A stretch of DNA of 64,000 nucleotides, taken from a virus. Taxonomy: Duplodnaviria; Heunggongvirae; Uroviricota; Caudoviricetes. Position numbers and translations under genes: made by a program. Under the pieces are notes generated by a model. The model worked only from the letters and a program-made list of their open reading frames with translations. It did no database searches and had not been told where the DNA came from. The stretch is from the IMG/VR virus record IMGVR_UViG_2925891887_000001; one strand, written 5' to 3'. Below, piece after piece: positions 39,155 to 49,011 of this stretch (positions are counted from its first letter, which is position 1; each line of letters begins with the position of its first letter).

Positions 39155-39249
39155 TAATTAAACACCCCAGAAAACAAGTTGGTTAGCAGATGCAGTAAAC
39201 AAGTTGTTTTAGAGCGCATGGACGCGCTCTGTGTGTTTTAGAGGGATCT

Positions 39250-39882
39250 ATGACGGTCGAAAAAGACGAGGTAAAAACTCGCCTGACACCAGCGGAGTGG
39301 GCCGAAGCTGAAGCCAAATGGACGTCAGGCGAATATACACTCTCAAAGCTGGAGGAAGAGTACGGCATTCGTCGTGAAACACTCTCCAGACATTTCAAAA
39401 AGCGAGGATTAGAGAAAGGCGCGGACTCTGTTGGGAAGATGGTTCGTGAGTCTCTTAAATCTGACGCAGAGCTTCGCGCTAAAGCCCGTGCGGAAAAGAT
39501 AGAAGAACGTCGTACACGTTATGACGGCTGGGCGTATGCGTTGGGGCAGATGGTGATGGTCGAAGTCACTACGGCCAAACGTGAGGGTAAGCCTTTAGGG
39601 GCGATTGAGGATTCTCTCAAGAGCTTACAGAGAGCCAGTAATACCCTTGCAAAATGCTTTGAAGTTTCGTCCAAAGCATTGGGCATGGATCATGCGGAAA
39701 ATGACGAGGAAGAAATTCCGAACCTGGTATTTGGTGAGCTTACGCCTTCCCAGGTGGCGAAATTACGTCAGGAAGACGACGAGCCTGAAATCATCGATGA
39801 CGAATTGCTTGAGACGTTGGAAGAAGAAGCTCTAAGCGAATTTGATGCGACAGATGATGGAAGTGAAGGGGAGGACGAATAA
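39250..39882 (+). CDS. terminase small subunit (putative)
   Basis: Position immediately upstream of terL; N-terminal HTH-like region, very acidic C-terminus. Confidence 0.55.
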   Translation: MTVEKDEVKTRLTPAEWAEAEAKWTSGEYTLSKLEEEYGIRRETLSRHFKKRGLEKGADSVGKMVRESLKSDAELRAKARAEKIEERRTRYDGWAYALGQMVMVEVTTAKREGKPLGAIEDSLKSLQRASNTLAKCFEVSSKALGMDHAENDEEEIPNLVFGELTPSQVAKLRQEDDEPEIIDDELLETLEEEALSEFDATDDGSEGEDE

Positions 39883-41138
39883 TGGCAATCCCGTCCTCGC
39901 TCAGTCTTGTGCAACTGCATTCTGGACAGATGAAAGTCTTCCAGTCTCCGCATCGATTTAAAGTTGTTTGTGCTGGTCGACGCTGGGGAAAATCCCGGTT
40001 GTCGATCTCCACTATTATTCGTGCGGCGGCAAAGGAAAAAAAGCAAAGGGTCTGGTATGTCGCTCCTACTTACCAGATGGCTCGCCAGATTTTGTGGGAC
40101 GATCTACAGGAAGTTCTGCCTCGTAAGTGGGTTAGGAAAAAGAACGACACCACGATGACAATCGTGTTGAAGAACGGTTCGGAGATCGCCCTCAAAGGTG
40201 CTGATAAGCCTGACACTCTGCGCGGCGTAGCGTTGCATTTTGTAGTGCTTGATGAATTTCAGGATATGAAGGCTGACACCTGGTACAAGGTGTTACGACC
40301 TACTCTTTCATCGACACGCGGCGGTGCACTGATCATTGGTACGCCAAAAGGCTTCTCGGAATTTCACAAACTGTGGACTATAGGCCAGAACGTAGAGCTG
40401 CAAAGAAAGGGACAGTGGAAGAGCTGGCAGTTTGTAACTGCCGATTCTCCGTTTGTGCCTACGGCGGAAATTGAAGCTGCTAAGAACGATATGGACCCCA
40501 AATCGTTCGCTCAGGAGTACCTGGCCAGCTTTGAGAACATGTCCGGGCGCGTTTACTACCCGTTCGATCGTAACGTGCATGTAAAACCGCTTCAGTTCAA
40601 CCCTCGGTTGCCTATATGGGTAGGGCAGGACTTCAACATTGACCCGATGTCTTCAGTAATTTTGCAACCTCAGCCAAATGGTGAGCTATGGGCAATTGAT
40701 GAATTGGTGCTCTTTTCCTCTAACACGGCAGAAGTTTGTGATGAGCTTGAGAGACGCTTCTGGCGCTGGAAATCACAGGTAACGGTATTTCCAGATCCGG
40801 CAGGTGCTTATCGCCAACATGCTCGTGGGGAGTCTGACGTAGACATATTCAAAGAGAAGGGATTCTTACGTGTCGATTATTCGAAAAAGCACCCGCCAAT
40901 TGCGGATCGTGTTAATGCTGTTAACCGAATGCTGATGTCCGCATCTGGAGATATCCGGCTGTATATCGATCCGAAGTGCAAGCATTTGATTGATTCACTG
41001 GAAAAAGTCATCTACAAGCCTGGAACACGAGATATGGATAAGACAGGTGGCATTGAGCATAGTGCAGACGCATTGGGCTATCCAGTACATCGTAGGTATC
41101 CAGTCAAAAACCGTGTTATTCTTGGTGGTTCTCGATAG
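39882..41138 (+). CDS. terminase large subunit
   Basis: Walker A CAGRRWGKS, Walker B VVLDEF, C-terminal nuclease-type acidic residues (VGQDFN). Confidence 0.85.
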   Translation: MAIPSSLSLVQLHSGQMKVFQSPHRFKVVCAGRRWGKSRLSISTIIRAAAKEKKQRVWYVAPTYQMARQILWDDLQEVLPRKWVRKKNDTTMTIVLKNGSEIALKGADKPDTLRGVALHFVVLDEFQDMKADTWYKVLRPTLSSTRGGALIIGTPKGFSEFHKLWTIGQNVELQRKGQWKSWQFVTADSPFVPTAEIEAAKNDMDPKSFAQEYLASFENMSGRVYYPFDRNVHVKPLQFNPRLPIWVGQDFNIDPMSSVILQPQPNGELWAIDELVLFSSNTAEVCDELERRFWRWKSQVTVFPDPAGAYRQHARGESDVDIFKEKGFLRVDYSKKHPPIADRVNAVNRMLMSASGDIRLYIDPKCKHLIDSLEKVIYKPGTRDMDKTGGIEHSADALGYPVHRRYPVKNRVILGGSR

Positions 41139-41153
41139 GTAAGTAATTATCTA
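41134..41153. promoter_or_regulatory. motif B palindrome GATAGGTAAGTAATTATCTA
   Basis: Overlaps terL stop codon, 11 nt upstream of portal ATG. Confidence 0.5.
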
Positions 41154-41164
41154 AGGTTATTCAA

Positions 41165-42739
41165 ATGGAATTGAACGACAAACAAATTAAGGATCTGGTG
41201 GCGCGACGCCACCCGGAATACGAAAAGAAAAAAGAACATTGGGACTTCCTCGCCAGCACTTACGCTGGCGGGCGTGGTTGGTTTACAGACAATATCTTTC
41301 GTTACTTTAAAGAGGGAGATCAGGAGTTTAAGGAGCGAGTTGAACGTGCTTATCGCTTCAACCACACTCGTGAGGTGGTAAACCTCATCAACAAATATCT
41401 CTTTAAAGAAGACATTCATAGAAATATCGAAGAGGCACCAGAGCAGATCCGCAATTTCTGGAAACGTGCGACTCGCCAGAATGCCTCTATTGACTCATTT
41501 ATGGCCGCTATTGATTTGCAGTCGTCTATTTACGGTCGCATATGGGTTGTTGTCGATAGCACGATGAGTGGTGATGTTGAGTCAGTAGCTGACGAGAAAA
41601 AGAAAGATGCTCGCGCCTACGCCTACTGGATTTCACCTCAGCAAATGCTGGATGTGGCATGGGACGACGACGGGAATATGTTGTGGGCGTTAATTGTGGA
41701 AGTCGCTCGTGATGACGCAGATCCTTTTACTTCTACAGGTCAGGAATACCAACGTTATCGTCTGTGGACACAAAACGAGTGGTATCTGTTCCGTGAGGAA
41801 GTGAAGAAGGGCGCTGGTGGAGCAGGTCGCCGTCAGGCAAAAGTTATTTTAGAGGATAGCGGTGAGCATAATCTCGGCGTAGTTCCTGTGTTTCCTGTTG
41901 ATTGTATTGGAGAAAGTGAATCACCGTATTTCAGCCCATCGTTGATCGATGATATCGCTTATCTTGATCGTGCGGTTGCAAACTATCTGTCAAACCTTGA
42001 TGCCATTATTCAGGATCAGACATTTAGCCAGTTGGCTATACCGGTACAGTCGCTTTTACCTGGTGATGAAAACCACACTAAAGTGCTTGAAATGGGCACA
42101 AAGCGAGTCTTCACCTACGATTCTGAAGGTGGAAACCAGCCGTTTTATCTGTCACCAGACCCGAAACAAGCTCAGATGATCATCACTACGATTAAGACGG
42201 TGATTAACGAAATCTACCATTCAGTTGGTGTAGCTGGTGAGCGAACGAAGCAGGACAACGCACAGGGAATCGATAATTCATCTGGTGCCGCAAAAATGTA
42301 TGACTTCCAGCGTGTAAATAGCTTGCTTGTCACAAAAGCAGAGCGTCTGGAAAGGGCTGAACGCCAAATCATGCTACTGGTTGCGAAATGGATGGGGGCA
42401 GATCTGGACGAAGACCACTCTTTAATTGCGTATCCAGAAAGTTTCGATATTCGTGGCCTTACTGATGAATTTTCTGTTGCCGAGAAACTGTCATTACTTC
42501 AGGCACCGGACTCTGTACGTCGTCACCAGATGGAAATGCTTATTGAGAAGATTTTCCCGAACATTACTGAGGCGATGAAAAAGGAATTTGATAAAGATCT
42601 CTTGAATTTTCCTCCAAAAAATGATCTAAATACCCTTGAAAATAAGTCAGTACTTACTTATGATCGTGGTGCAGCCCAAGAAAGCGGGCAAGATCAACCC
42701 CGAGGGAATGGGGACTCATCTACTCAAGAGAACGAGTGA
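41165..42739 (+). CDS. portal protein
   Basis: 524-aa ORF directly after terL; size and position. Confidence 0.7.
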   Translation: MELNDKQIKDLVARRHPEYEKKKEHWDFLASTYAGGRGWFTDNIFRYFKEGDQEFKERVERAYRFNHTREVVNLINKYLFKEDIHRNIEEAPEQIRNFWKRATRQNASIDSFMAAIDLQSSIYGRIWVVVDSTMSGDVESVADEKKKDARAYAYWISPQQMLDVAWDDDGNMLWALIVEVARDDADPFTSTGQEYQRYRLWTQNEWYLFREEVKKGAGGAGRRQAKVILEDSGEHNLGVVPVFPVDCIGESESPYFSPSLIDDIAYLDRAVANYLSNLDAIIQDQTFSQLAIPVQSLLPGDENHTKVLEMGTKRVFTYDSEGGNQPFYLSPDPKQAQMIITTIKTVINEIYHSVGVAGERTKQDNAQGIDNSSGAAKMYDFQRVNSLLVTKAERLERAERQIMLLVAKWMGADLDEDHSLIAYPESFDIRGLTDEFSVAEKLSLLQAPDSVRRHQMEMLIEKIFPNITEAMKKEFDKDLLNFPPKNDLNTLENKSVLTYDRGAAQESGQDQPRGNGDSSTQENE

Positions 42740-42760
42740 TAAGTAACAAAAGGAATTTTT

Positions 42761-43648
42761 ATGAATCTGTGGCAAATGCTTTTGGCCCGTCGTGGTCTGA
42801 TGGATGTCGCTGAAGCGCATGAGCGTGGAGGCGCTGGCGGTGTAGCTGCTGATAATGAGCAGAGCACACAAGATCCTGACAAACAGGGTGAACAAAAAGA
42901 GCAGCCGAAGGGCGATGACGAATACGCTGGCATGACTCAGGAAGAGTTACTGGCCGAACTTCGTAAAACCAAGAAAGCTGGTGCTGAACTGCTGAAGGAG
43001 AACATGAAGCGCAAAGAGAAAGAGCGCACATTGGCCGATCAGCTTGCTCAGTACGGTGATATCGACCCGGCGCGTGCTCGCCAGCTTTTAGAAGCTGAAC
43101 AGGCCGCAGAAAATGCACGTCGTGAGGCGGAGCAAGCTGAACTGGAGCGTCGTGGTGAGTTCGATGCTGTTAAAAAACAGATGATCGAAGCACACCAGGC
43201 AGAGCTGGCACAGCGTGACGAACGTTATACAGCACTGGAAAGTGAAAACGCATCACTGAAATCTCAATTAGTCGAGATGACCGTGGGCGCTTCCTTCAGT
43301 AACTCTCTCTTCCTACGTGACAAAGTTCTGATGACCCCGGCAAAAGCCCGCGTGATCTACGGTTCTCATTTTGAAGTGGGTGAAGACGGTAGCGTAGTGG
43401 GTTATGACAAACCGGCAGGTCATAAAGAACGAGCTGTTCTGGTTGACGGTGAAGGTAAGCCGTTGCCGTTTGAATCCGCGATTGAACGCATTGTGCGGGC
43501 AGATCCGGAAGCTGACGCATTGATGCGTAGCGAAGCCAAGCAGGGTGTAGGCTCACATTCCAAATCGACCTACACAATATCCCAACCGAAGAACAAGTCG
43601 ACTATGGATAAGTTGGCCTCCGGTCTGGGGAAAATTGGACTTAAGTAA
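42761..43648 (+). CDS. scaffolding protein (putative)
   Basis: Charged coiled-coil-rich protein between portal and capsid genes. Confidence 0.5.
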   Translation: MNLWQMLLARRGLMDVAEAHERGGAGGVAADNEQSTQDPDKQGEQKEQPKGDDEYAGMTQEELLAELRKTKKAGAELLKENMKRKEKERTLADQLAQYGDIDPARARQLLEAEQAAENARREAEQAELERRGEFDAVKKQMIEAHQAELAQRDERYTALESENASLKSQLVEMTVGASFSNSLFLRDKVLMTPAKARVIYGSHFEVGEDGSVVGYDKPAGHKERAVLVDGEGKPLPFESAIERIVRADPEADALMRSEAKQGVGSHSKSTYTISQPKNKSTMDKLASGLGKIGLK

Positions 43649-43673
43649 CATCTAAATCAAAGGGAATTGATAG

Positions 43674-44549
43674 ATGCCATTACTGCGTGAAGAAGCTGAA
43701 AAGCTGTCTAACAACGAACTTGAACAGGGTGTGATCGAAACTATCATCGATCGCGATGACCTGTTTGCCATCCTGCCTTTTATGAAAATTAATTCAAAGG
43801 CATATCTGTACAACCGTGAAAAAACGCTGAGCGAAGCTACTTTCATTGATGTGAACGACACCATCACCGAAGGTGCAGCAACCTTCGAAGAGAAAGTTGC
43901 GAAGCTGCGCATTCTGGCTGGCGACGTTGACGTCGACAAATTCCTGGCTACCACTATGGCTGATACCAACAACCAGCTGGCTATCCAGGTTCGTCAGAAA
44001 GTCAAAGGTCTGGCTCGTGCCTTCCGTCGCAATCTGATTGTTGGCGACTCCACCACTAACAACAAGGCGTTTGACGGCATTCCACGCCTGATGCACGCAG
44101 ATCAGAAGATCGATATCGCCGGTGCATCTATGACTTTCTCCATGTTCGACGAACTGGTCGATGCGGTGAAAGATCTTGGTGCTGACTGCATCATGATGCG
44201 TTCAGAGCACCTGCGTGCTTACCGTGCGCTGCTGCGTACAGTAAACGTAGGTCCGTCTGAAATCATGATGGAGAACTTCGGTCGTCCGATGCTGTGCCAT
44301 AACGACGTTCCGTTTATCGTAAACGACTTCATTCCGACCGATGCTGGCAAAGCAAGCATCTACTGCCTGCATCTGTCAGAAGAGAACGGCGTTACTGGTC
44401 TGTATGGCGGCGACAACGCAGGTATCGTTGTTGAAAACATTGGTACTGTACAGAACAAAGACGCAGTACGTACCCGTGTGAAGTGGTACTGCTCTCTGGC
44501 GAATAAGCACGATAAGGCTATCGCTGCACTGACCAATGTAAAAATTTAA
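43674..44549 (+). CDS. major capsid protein (putative)
   Basis: Position after scaffold, followed by strong terminator. Confidence 0.55.
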   Translation: MPLLREEAEKLSNNELEQGVIETIIDRDDLFAILPFMKINSKAYLYNREKTLSEATFIDVNDTITEGAATFEEKVAKLRILAGDVDVDKFLATTMADTNNQLAIQVRQKVKGLARAFRRNLIVGDSTTNNKAFDGIPRLMHADQKIDIAGASMTFSMFDELVDAVKDLGADCIMMRSEHLRAYRALLRTVNVGPSEIMMENFGRPMLCHNDVPFIVNDFIPTDAGKASIYCLHLSEENGVTGLYGGDNAGIVVENIGTVQNKDAVRTRVKWYCSLANKHDKAIAALTNVKI

Positions 44550-44558
44550 TCAGTGTTG

Positions 44559-44576
44559 TAGATAAGTAATTATCTA
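44559..44576. promoter_or_regulatory. motif B palindrome TAGATAAGTAATTATCTA
   Basis: Perfect inverted repeat 10 nt after capsid stop. Confidence 0.5.
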
Positions 44577-44583
44577 TGTTTAA

Positions 44584-44610
44584 GGGTGGGCTATACGCCC
44601 ACCCTTTTTG
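44584..44610 (+). terminator. intrinsic terminator
   Basis: gggtgggctatacgcccaccc followed by TTTTTG. Confidence 0.65.
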
Positions 44611-44622
44611 TAGGAGCAAGAA

Positions 44623-45543
44623 ATGCCAGAACAAAAGATGAAGATTACGGAAGAGGCATTTTCGGATTTTACGGGGCATATGTGCCGCGCCGGATTTACC
44701 AATTCTATCTCCGATGAACCTTTAACCGAGCGGCAACAAAGTCAGCTATCTGCTTGTTTGCAGGCGGTTCCCTTCTCCCAATCCGTAAACATAACTCCGG
44801 CTTCACCATCAGTTTTGGTTGGGAAAACTGTTCAACTTAGTGCAGGTATTAGTATGGGTAAGAGTGCCAGTTCATTTACCTGGAAGTCAGCCAATGATCA
44901 AATTGCAACCGTTAACGGCACTGGATTAGTAACTGGCGTAGCCCCAGGCAAAGTGAAAATTACCGCAACTGATCAGGAAACCCAGCTTTCCGCGTCAGTG
45001 GAAGTCACCGTAAATCCGGTAGCCGTTAAATCCGTAACGGTAACGCCAGACTCAACCTCTGTTGAGAAAGGGAAATCAGTCAGTCTGAAAGCGAATGTTC
45101 AGCCGTCAAATGCGACGAATAAGGCAGTTACCTGGTCTTCCAAAAATGAAGACAAGGCAACGGTAGACCAGAGCGGGAACGTTACTGGTGTAGAAGTTGG
45201 CACTGCGACGATTGAGATCGTTTCCCAAGATGGCAGCAAAAAGGCAACTGCAACGGTGGAAGTAACTGCGCCTGTTGTGGCTGTTACCGGCGTCGAAATC
45301 GACCCAAATAGCACAACCGTTGAGGCAAACAAAACTGTTCAGCTGACCGCAAATGTCGAGCCGGCAGGAGCCACAAATAAAACCGTTACTTGGGAATCCA
45401 AAAATACCGAGTTTGCAACGGTGGACAGCGAAACCGGTGTTGTAACTGGTGTTGCGGCTGGTACTGCCACAATCGAGGTTACTACCCAAGATGGTAGCCA
45501 CAAAGCGACAGCGACCGTAGAGGTCACTGCCGCACAGGAATAA
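44623..45543 (+). CDS. Ig-like (Big_2-type) domain protein, probable virion decoration protein
   Basis: Three tandem about 80-aa repeats of the form VTP.S..V..G..V.L.A.V.P..ATNK.VTW.S....ATVD..G.VTGV..G.A. Confidence 0.55.
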   Translation: MPEQKMKITEEAFSDFTGHMCRAGFTNSISDEPLTERQQSQLSACLQAVPFSQSVNITPASPSVLVGKTVQLSAGISMGKSASSFTWKSANDQIATVNGTGLVTGVAPGKVKITATDQETQLSASVEVTVNPVAVKSVTVTPDSTSVEKGKSVSLKANVQPSNATNKAVTWSSKNEDKATVDQSGNVTGVEVGTATIEIVSQDGSKKATATVEVTAPVVAVTGVEIDPNSTTVEANKTVQLTANVEPAGATNKTVTWESKNTEFATVDSETGVVTGVAAGTATIEVTTQDGSHKATATVEVTAAQE

Positions 45544-45587
45544 CCGATATTGGGCGGCGAAAGCCGCCCAAGAGGAGAGAAAGCGTT

Positions 45588-46022
45588 ATGAAACCAGCAA
45601 AAATTGTTTTATTAGAACCGCAATTTTCCGGTTATTCGGGAATGCTGTGTGGCGTTCAGTTCGAGAACGGGGTATCCGTAGCGGAGTTGCCTTTTATCGA
45701 TCAGCAAAGGATTTGTGCCTCAATGCGAGCATCAACAGTCGAGGGCAAAAATGTTTCTCCGTCTGCCGCATACAGTGATCGTGGCGAGTTGACCGCAGAC
45801 CTGATTACCGAGCCAGCAGCACCTGGCATTGTGCCAATGAAACGTGGGACACCAGATGAACCGGCCAAACAGATCCAGACTTTCACACGAGAAGAGTTGG
45901 AGTCAATTGCAGACAATGAAGGCATTGCCGGTCTACGTGTGATTGGTAATCAGGTTGGTGTCAAAGCGAAAGGAATTGTCGAGATGATTGAAGGCATCCT
46001 GAAAGCACAAGGCGGTGAGTAA
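45588..46022 (+). CDS. hypothetical structural protein (144 aa)
   Basis: Position in head-tail joining region. Confidence 0.4.
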   Translation: MKPAKIVLLEPQFSGYSGMLCGVQFENGVSVAELPFIDQQRICASMRASTVEGKNVSPSAAYSDRGELTADLITEPAAPGIVPMKRGTPDEPAKQIQTFTREELESIADNEGIAGLRVIGNQVGVKAKGIVEMIEGILKAQGGE

Positions 46023-46855
46023 TGGCGCAGATCGACTCGTATCGTAGCGGTGAAGCTGTTTCCCTTTCATTTGCCTTCAACGTGCTGGATATCGAATCTG
46101 CTACCTACACAGTAAAGGACAGCACCGGGGCTATTCTCGTTGATGGCGAGCCGCTAGAAATTACCAGCGGTCAAATGTCGATTCCGGTTGTCGTGTCGGC
46201 TGAATATAACCAGCTCTCTGAGAAAGAGCGAGATCTGCGGTACGTCATTGTGAAGGCTGTTGCATCGGGTCTGACGCATGAAGAGCGGCAAATGTATGTT
46301 CTGCTGAATAGTTTTGAACTGTCGATACCAGAACAGTCGTTTGCAACTGTCGCTGATGCTCAAATGCAGGCGATCGATATGCTGAATGGGGACACTTTGC
46401 TGTCGGATGGTGAAGGCTTAATGCGCAAGCGTCTCATTGAGGCTACCAGACGAATTAAAACTTTACCGTTCTCAATCCGCAAAATTCTACGTATCGACTT
46501 TGACCGATACGATCGCCCTCAAAATATGCTGAATGTGTATGACATTCCGTGGGGAGCAGATGGAGCGTACCGGCATGATTTAGTCGATTGGGAAAAGATG
46601 ACGCAGGAGAAGTTTGAAGAGTTCCCTGACTACTTCAAAGAAGCGTTGATGCTTGCCGTTGTCAACGAAGCGTGTGAGATCGCAAATGGCAATGATGTAG
46701 CCGCAGCACGAGAGGATGGCATTTTGTCAGAGTCCATCGGTGAAACAACCAACATGTACCGTACCGGTAAAGCTGCAAACGTGCATGTGGCTCGTAGTAC
46801 CTGGCGCTTGCTGGTCAGTTACATCAACAACCGTATGATTGTTCGCCGTGCGTAA
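46022..46855 (+). CDS. hypothetical structural protein (277 aa)
   Basis: Start overlaps upstream stop. Confidence 0.4.
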   Translation: MAQIDSYRSGEAVSLSFAFNVLDIESATYTVKDSTGAILVDGEPLEITSGQMSIPVVVSAEYNQLSEKERDLRYVIVKAVASGLTHEERQMYVLLNSFELSIPEQSFATVADAQMQAIDMLNGDTLLSDGEGLMRKRLIEATRRIKTLPFSIRKILRIDFDRYDRPQNMLNVYDIPWGADGAYRHDLVDWEKMTQEKFEEFPDYFKEALMLAVVNEACEIANGNDVAAAREDGILSESIGETTNMYRTGKAANVHVARSTWRLLVSYINNRMIVRRA

Positions 46856-46934
46856 CGCCAGTCGCATTATTTACTTTTGGTCGAAAGGGTTTTTGGCCAG
46901 TAATGAGAGCGACCGACAACAACAGGGAGAGAGC

Positions 46935-47279
46935 ATGAATATTTCATGGCAAACAGAAATTGCGATCTACCGCTTTGGCGCAAAGAACGTTTACGGTGAG
47001 GCGCAATTACAATTCGTCAGGAAGACGAATGTCGGCGTGGTTAAGTTCGAACAGAGTAATGAGAAATCGTCAGTTCGTGCTGATAGCTCTGGTAGTCGTG
47101 GTAAGGCGAGTCTGGAGCTGTTTGATGCTGTGTTAGTAGTCCCTTTAGAAGCGGCTGTACAACTTGATGATGTACTGATCCTTGAAGGTCAAAAATTAAA
47201 GGTGTCCAGTGTTCATCGCCGCTGGGGGCTACGAGGAAGACCTGGGCATCTTGAAGTAGGGGCGAATATATGGGTCTGA
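46935..47279 (+). CDS. hypothetical head-tail connector-region protein (114 aa)
   Basis: ATG after SD CAGGGAGAGAG. Confidence 0.4.
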   Translation: MNISWQTEIAIYRFGAKNVYGEAQLQFVRKTNVGVVKFEQSNEKSSVRADSSGSRGKASLELFDAVLVVPLEAAVQLDDVLILEGQKLKVSSVHRRWGLRGRPGHLEVGANIWV

Positions 47280-47743
47280 AATACGATGCGCATCAGTTCA
47301 AACGTGCGGGGAATAGACTCAACAACAGCCAGAAAGCATTTAAGCGATATCTTATTCGGGACATGGAAAAGCTGGCGCGTTTGGTTGAGCGCCTCAGCCG
47401 TGCAATGGCCCCGCTGGAAACCGGATCTCTGGAGACAGCCATCTTTGCCAGGGTGATTAAAGAAGGTTATTCAGGGCTGCGCATTGAGCTTTCTGTGTCT
47501 GGAGCAAAACCACGTCAGGGGCATCCGGGCGTAGAAGTCGGTGACTATGCTAAGTACATGGAGCTGGGTAAATACCGACTCGGTTATCTTTCTCGAATGA
47601 AGAACGTGACAAACCCACCAATTGCCGGTGTTAAACCCCGTGTTGGGCCACACTTTCTGGAAAGAGCGGTGGAAATTAGCGAGAAGCAGTTCTCAGAAGC
47701 GATTCTTGAGGCTGCCAGAAAAGCCGGATTTACGAGAGGTTAA
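47270..47743 (+). CDS. hypothetical head-tail joining protein (157 aa)
   Basis: Overlapping start/stop with neighbours. Confidence 0.4.
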   Translation: MGLKYDAHQFKRAGNRLNNSQKAFKRYLIRDMEKLARLVERLSRAMAPLETGSLETAIFARVIKEGYSGLRIELSVSGAKPRQGHPGVEVGDYAKYMELGKYRLGYLSRMKNVTNPPIAGVKPRVGPHFLERAVEISEKQFSEAILEAARKAGFTRG

Positions 47744-47744
47744 T

Positions 47745-48128
47745 GTGTTTATTGAAGCGTTTGCAAGTTTGATGCAGAAGGCAAAGATTGGCACGGTCGG
47801 GACTGACATTTTCTGTCACTACTTGCCTGCCAATGTGAAATCTGGCGTCCTGCTTATTAACCCAAATACCGGTATCAGCATCGATCATGAGCTACAGGGC
47901 TTTTACCACGAATCATTCACAATAATTGTGCGTGGTTCGTCAATTACTACGACGGTTGAGAAAGCCAATAAAATCATTGAGATGTTTCCAGTAGAGGAAA
48001 CGGAATCTGGTGGTGTTTATTTTCGACTGGTACGACCGATGGCGATGCCAATCATTTATCCCAAAAATGATGGGGCATTAATAGAAGCAGGCATTCCTAT
48101 TGAATTTGCTGGCTATTTATTGAATTAA
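47745..48128 (+). CDS. putative tail completion protein (127 aa)
   Basis: GTG after SD GAGAGG; position just before major tail gene. Confidence 0.35.
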   Translation: MFIEAFASLMQKAKIGTVGTDIFCHYLPANVKSGVLLINPNTGISIDHELQGFYHESFTIIVRGSSITTTVEKANKIIEMFPVEETESGGVYFRLVRPMAMPIIYPKNDGALIEAGIPIEFAGYLLN

Positions 48129-48135
48129 CTCAATT

Positions 48136-48153
48136 GGTAAGTATATACTTACT
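48136..48153. promoter_or_regulatory. motif B palindrome GGTAAGTATATACTTACT
   Basis: 7 nt after upstream stop, 50 nt before major tail ATG. Confidence 0.5.
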
Positions 48154-48202
48154 ATTAGCGCAATGAATGCGTAGAATTAACGGAAAAAGGAGTTTTCCAT
48201 CA

Positions 48203-48949
48203 ATGTCTAATACCCATGTAAAAAACATCAAACTTGGTGCCTGTAAGGTGTCGTTTGGTGGTGTGGATTTGGGTTACACCAAAGGTGGTGTTCAGGTTGA
48301 AATCGCAACCGAAACGCTGAAAGTGACCGTAGACCAGCTGGGCCAGACCACGATCTCCGAGCTGATCCAGGGCCGCAACATCACCATTACTGCGCCGCTG
48401 GCTGAATCCGTGTTGAAAAACATGGTCGATCTGATGCCAGGTTCCACGCTGAGTTCTGGCGAAGATACCGTAACCATCACGTCTGCGCAGGGAGTGAACC
48501 TGATCGACGTTGCGAAAGAGTTGGTGCTGACCCCGCAGGATGCGACGGATTATGTTCTGACCATCCCTAAAGCAGCAACCGCGGGTAACTTCACCATGAC
48601 CTACCAGTCTGACGACGTTCGCGTGTTCTCAGTTGAGTTTTCCGCTTACCCGGACGACGCTGGCGTGTTGGGGAAAATGAGCCTCCCAAAGCCGGTTGAG
48701 AGCGTCACGCTGACCCCGTCTTCACCGACCGTAAAAGTGGGCACTAAAGTTCAATTGAGCGCAACCTTCACCCCGGCCGATGCAACCAATAAGACTGGCG
48801 TGTGGAGCTCTGATGCGACTGATAAAGCGACCGTAGATCAGAACGGACTGGTAACTGGTAAAGCTGTCGGTTCAGCCAATATCACCTTCACAACTAATGA
48901 CGGTGCCAAGAAGGCGACCAAAGCCGTCTCTGTAACTGCCGCAAGCTAA
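48203..48949 (+). CDS. major tail protein with C-terminal Ig-like domain
   Basis: SD AAAAAGGAG; C-terminal Big_2-like repeat as in lambda gpV-type tail tube proteins; position before G/T and tape measure. Confidence 0.75.
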   Translation: MSNTHVKNIKLGACKVSFGGVDLGYTKGGVQVEIATETLKVTVDQLGQTTISELIQGRNITITAPLAESVLKNMVDLMPGSTLSSGEDTVTITSAQGVNLIDVAKELVLTPQDATDYVLTIPKAATAGNFTMTYQSDDVRVFSVEFSAYPDDAGVLGKMSLPKPVESVTLTPSSPTVKVGTKVQLSATFTPADATNKTGVWSSDATDKATVDQNGLVTGKAVGSANITFTTNDGAKKATKAVSVTAAS

Positions 48950-49011
48950 ATTGTGATAACCCAAGAGGCCCATGGATGGGCCTCTGTATGAGTTTAAAAG
49001 GATTTTAACCA

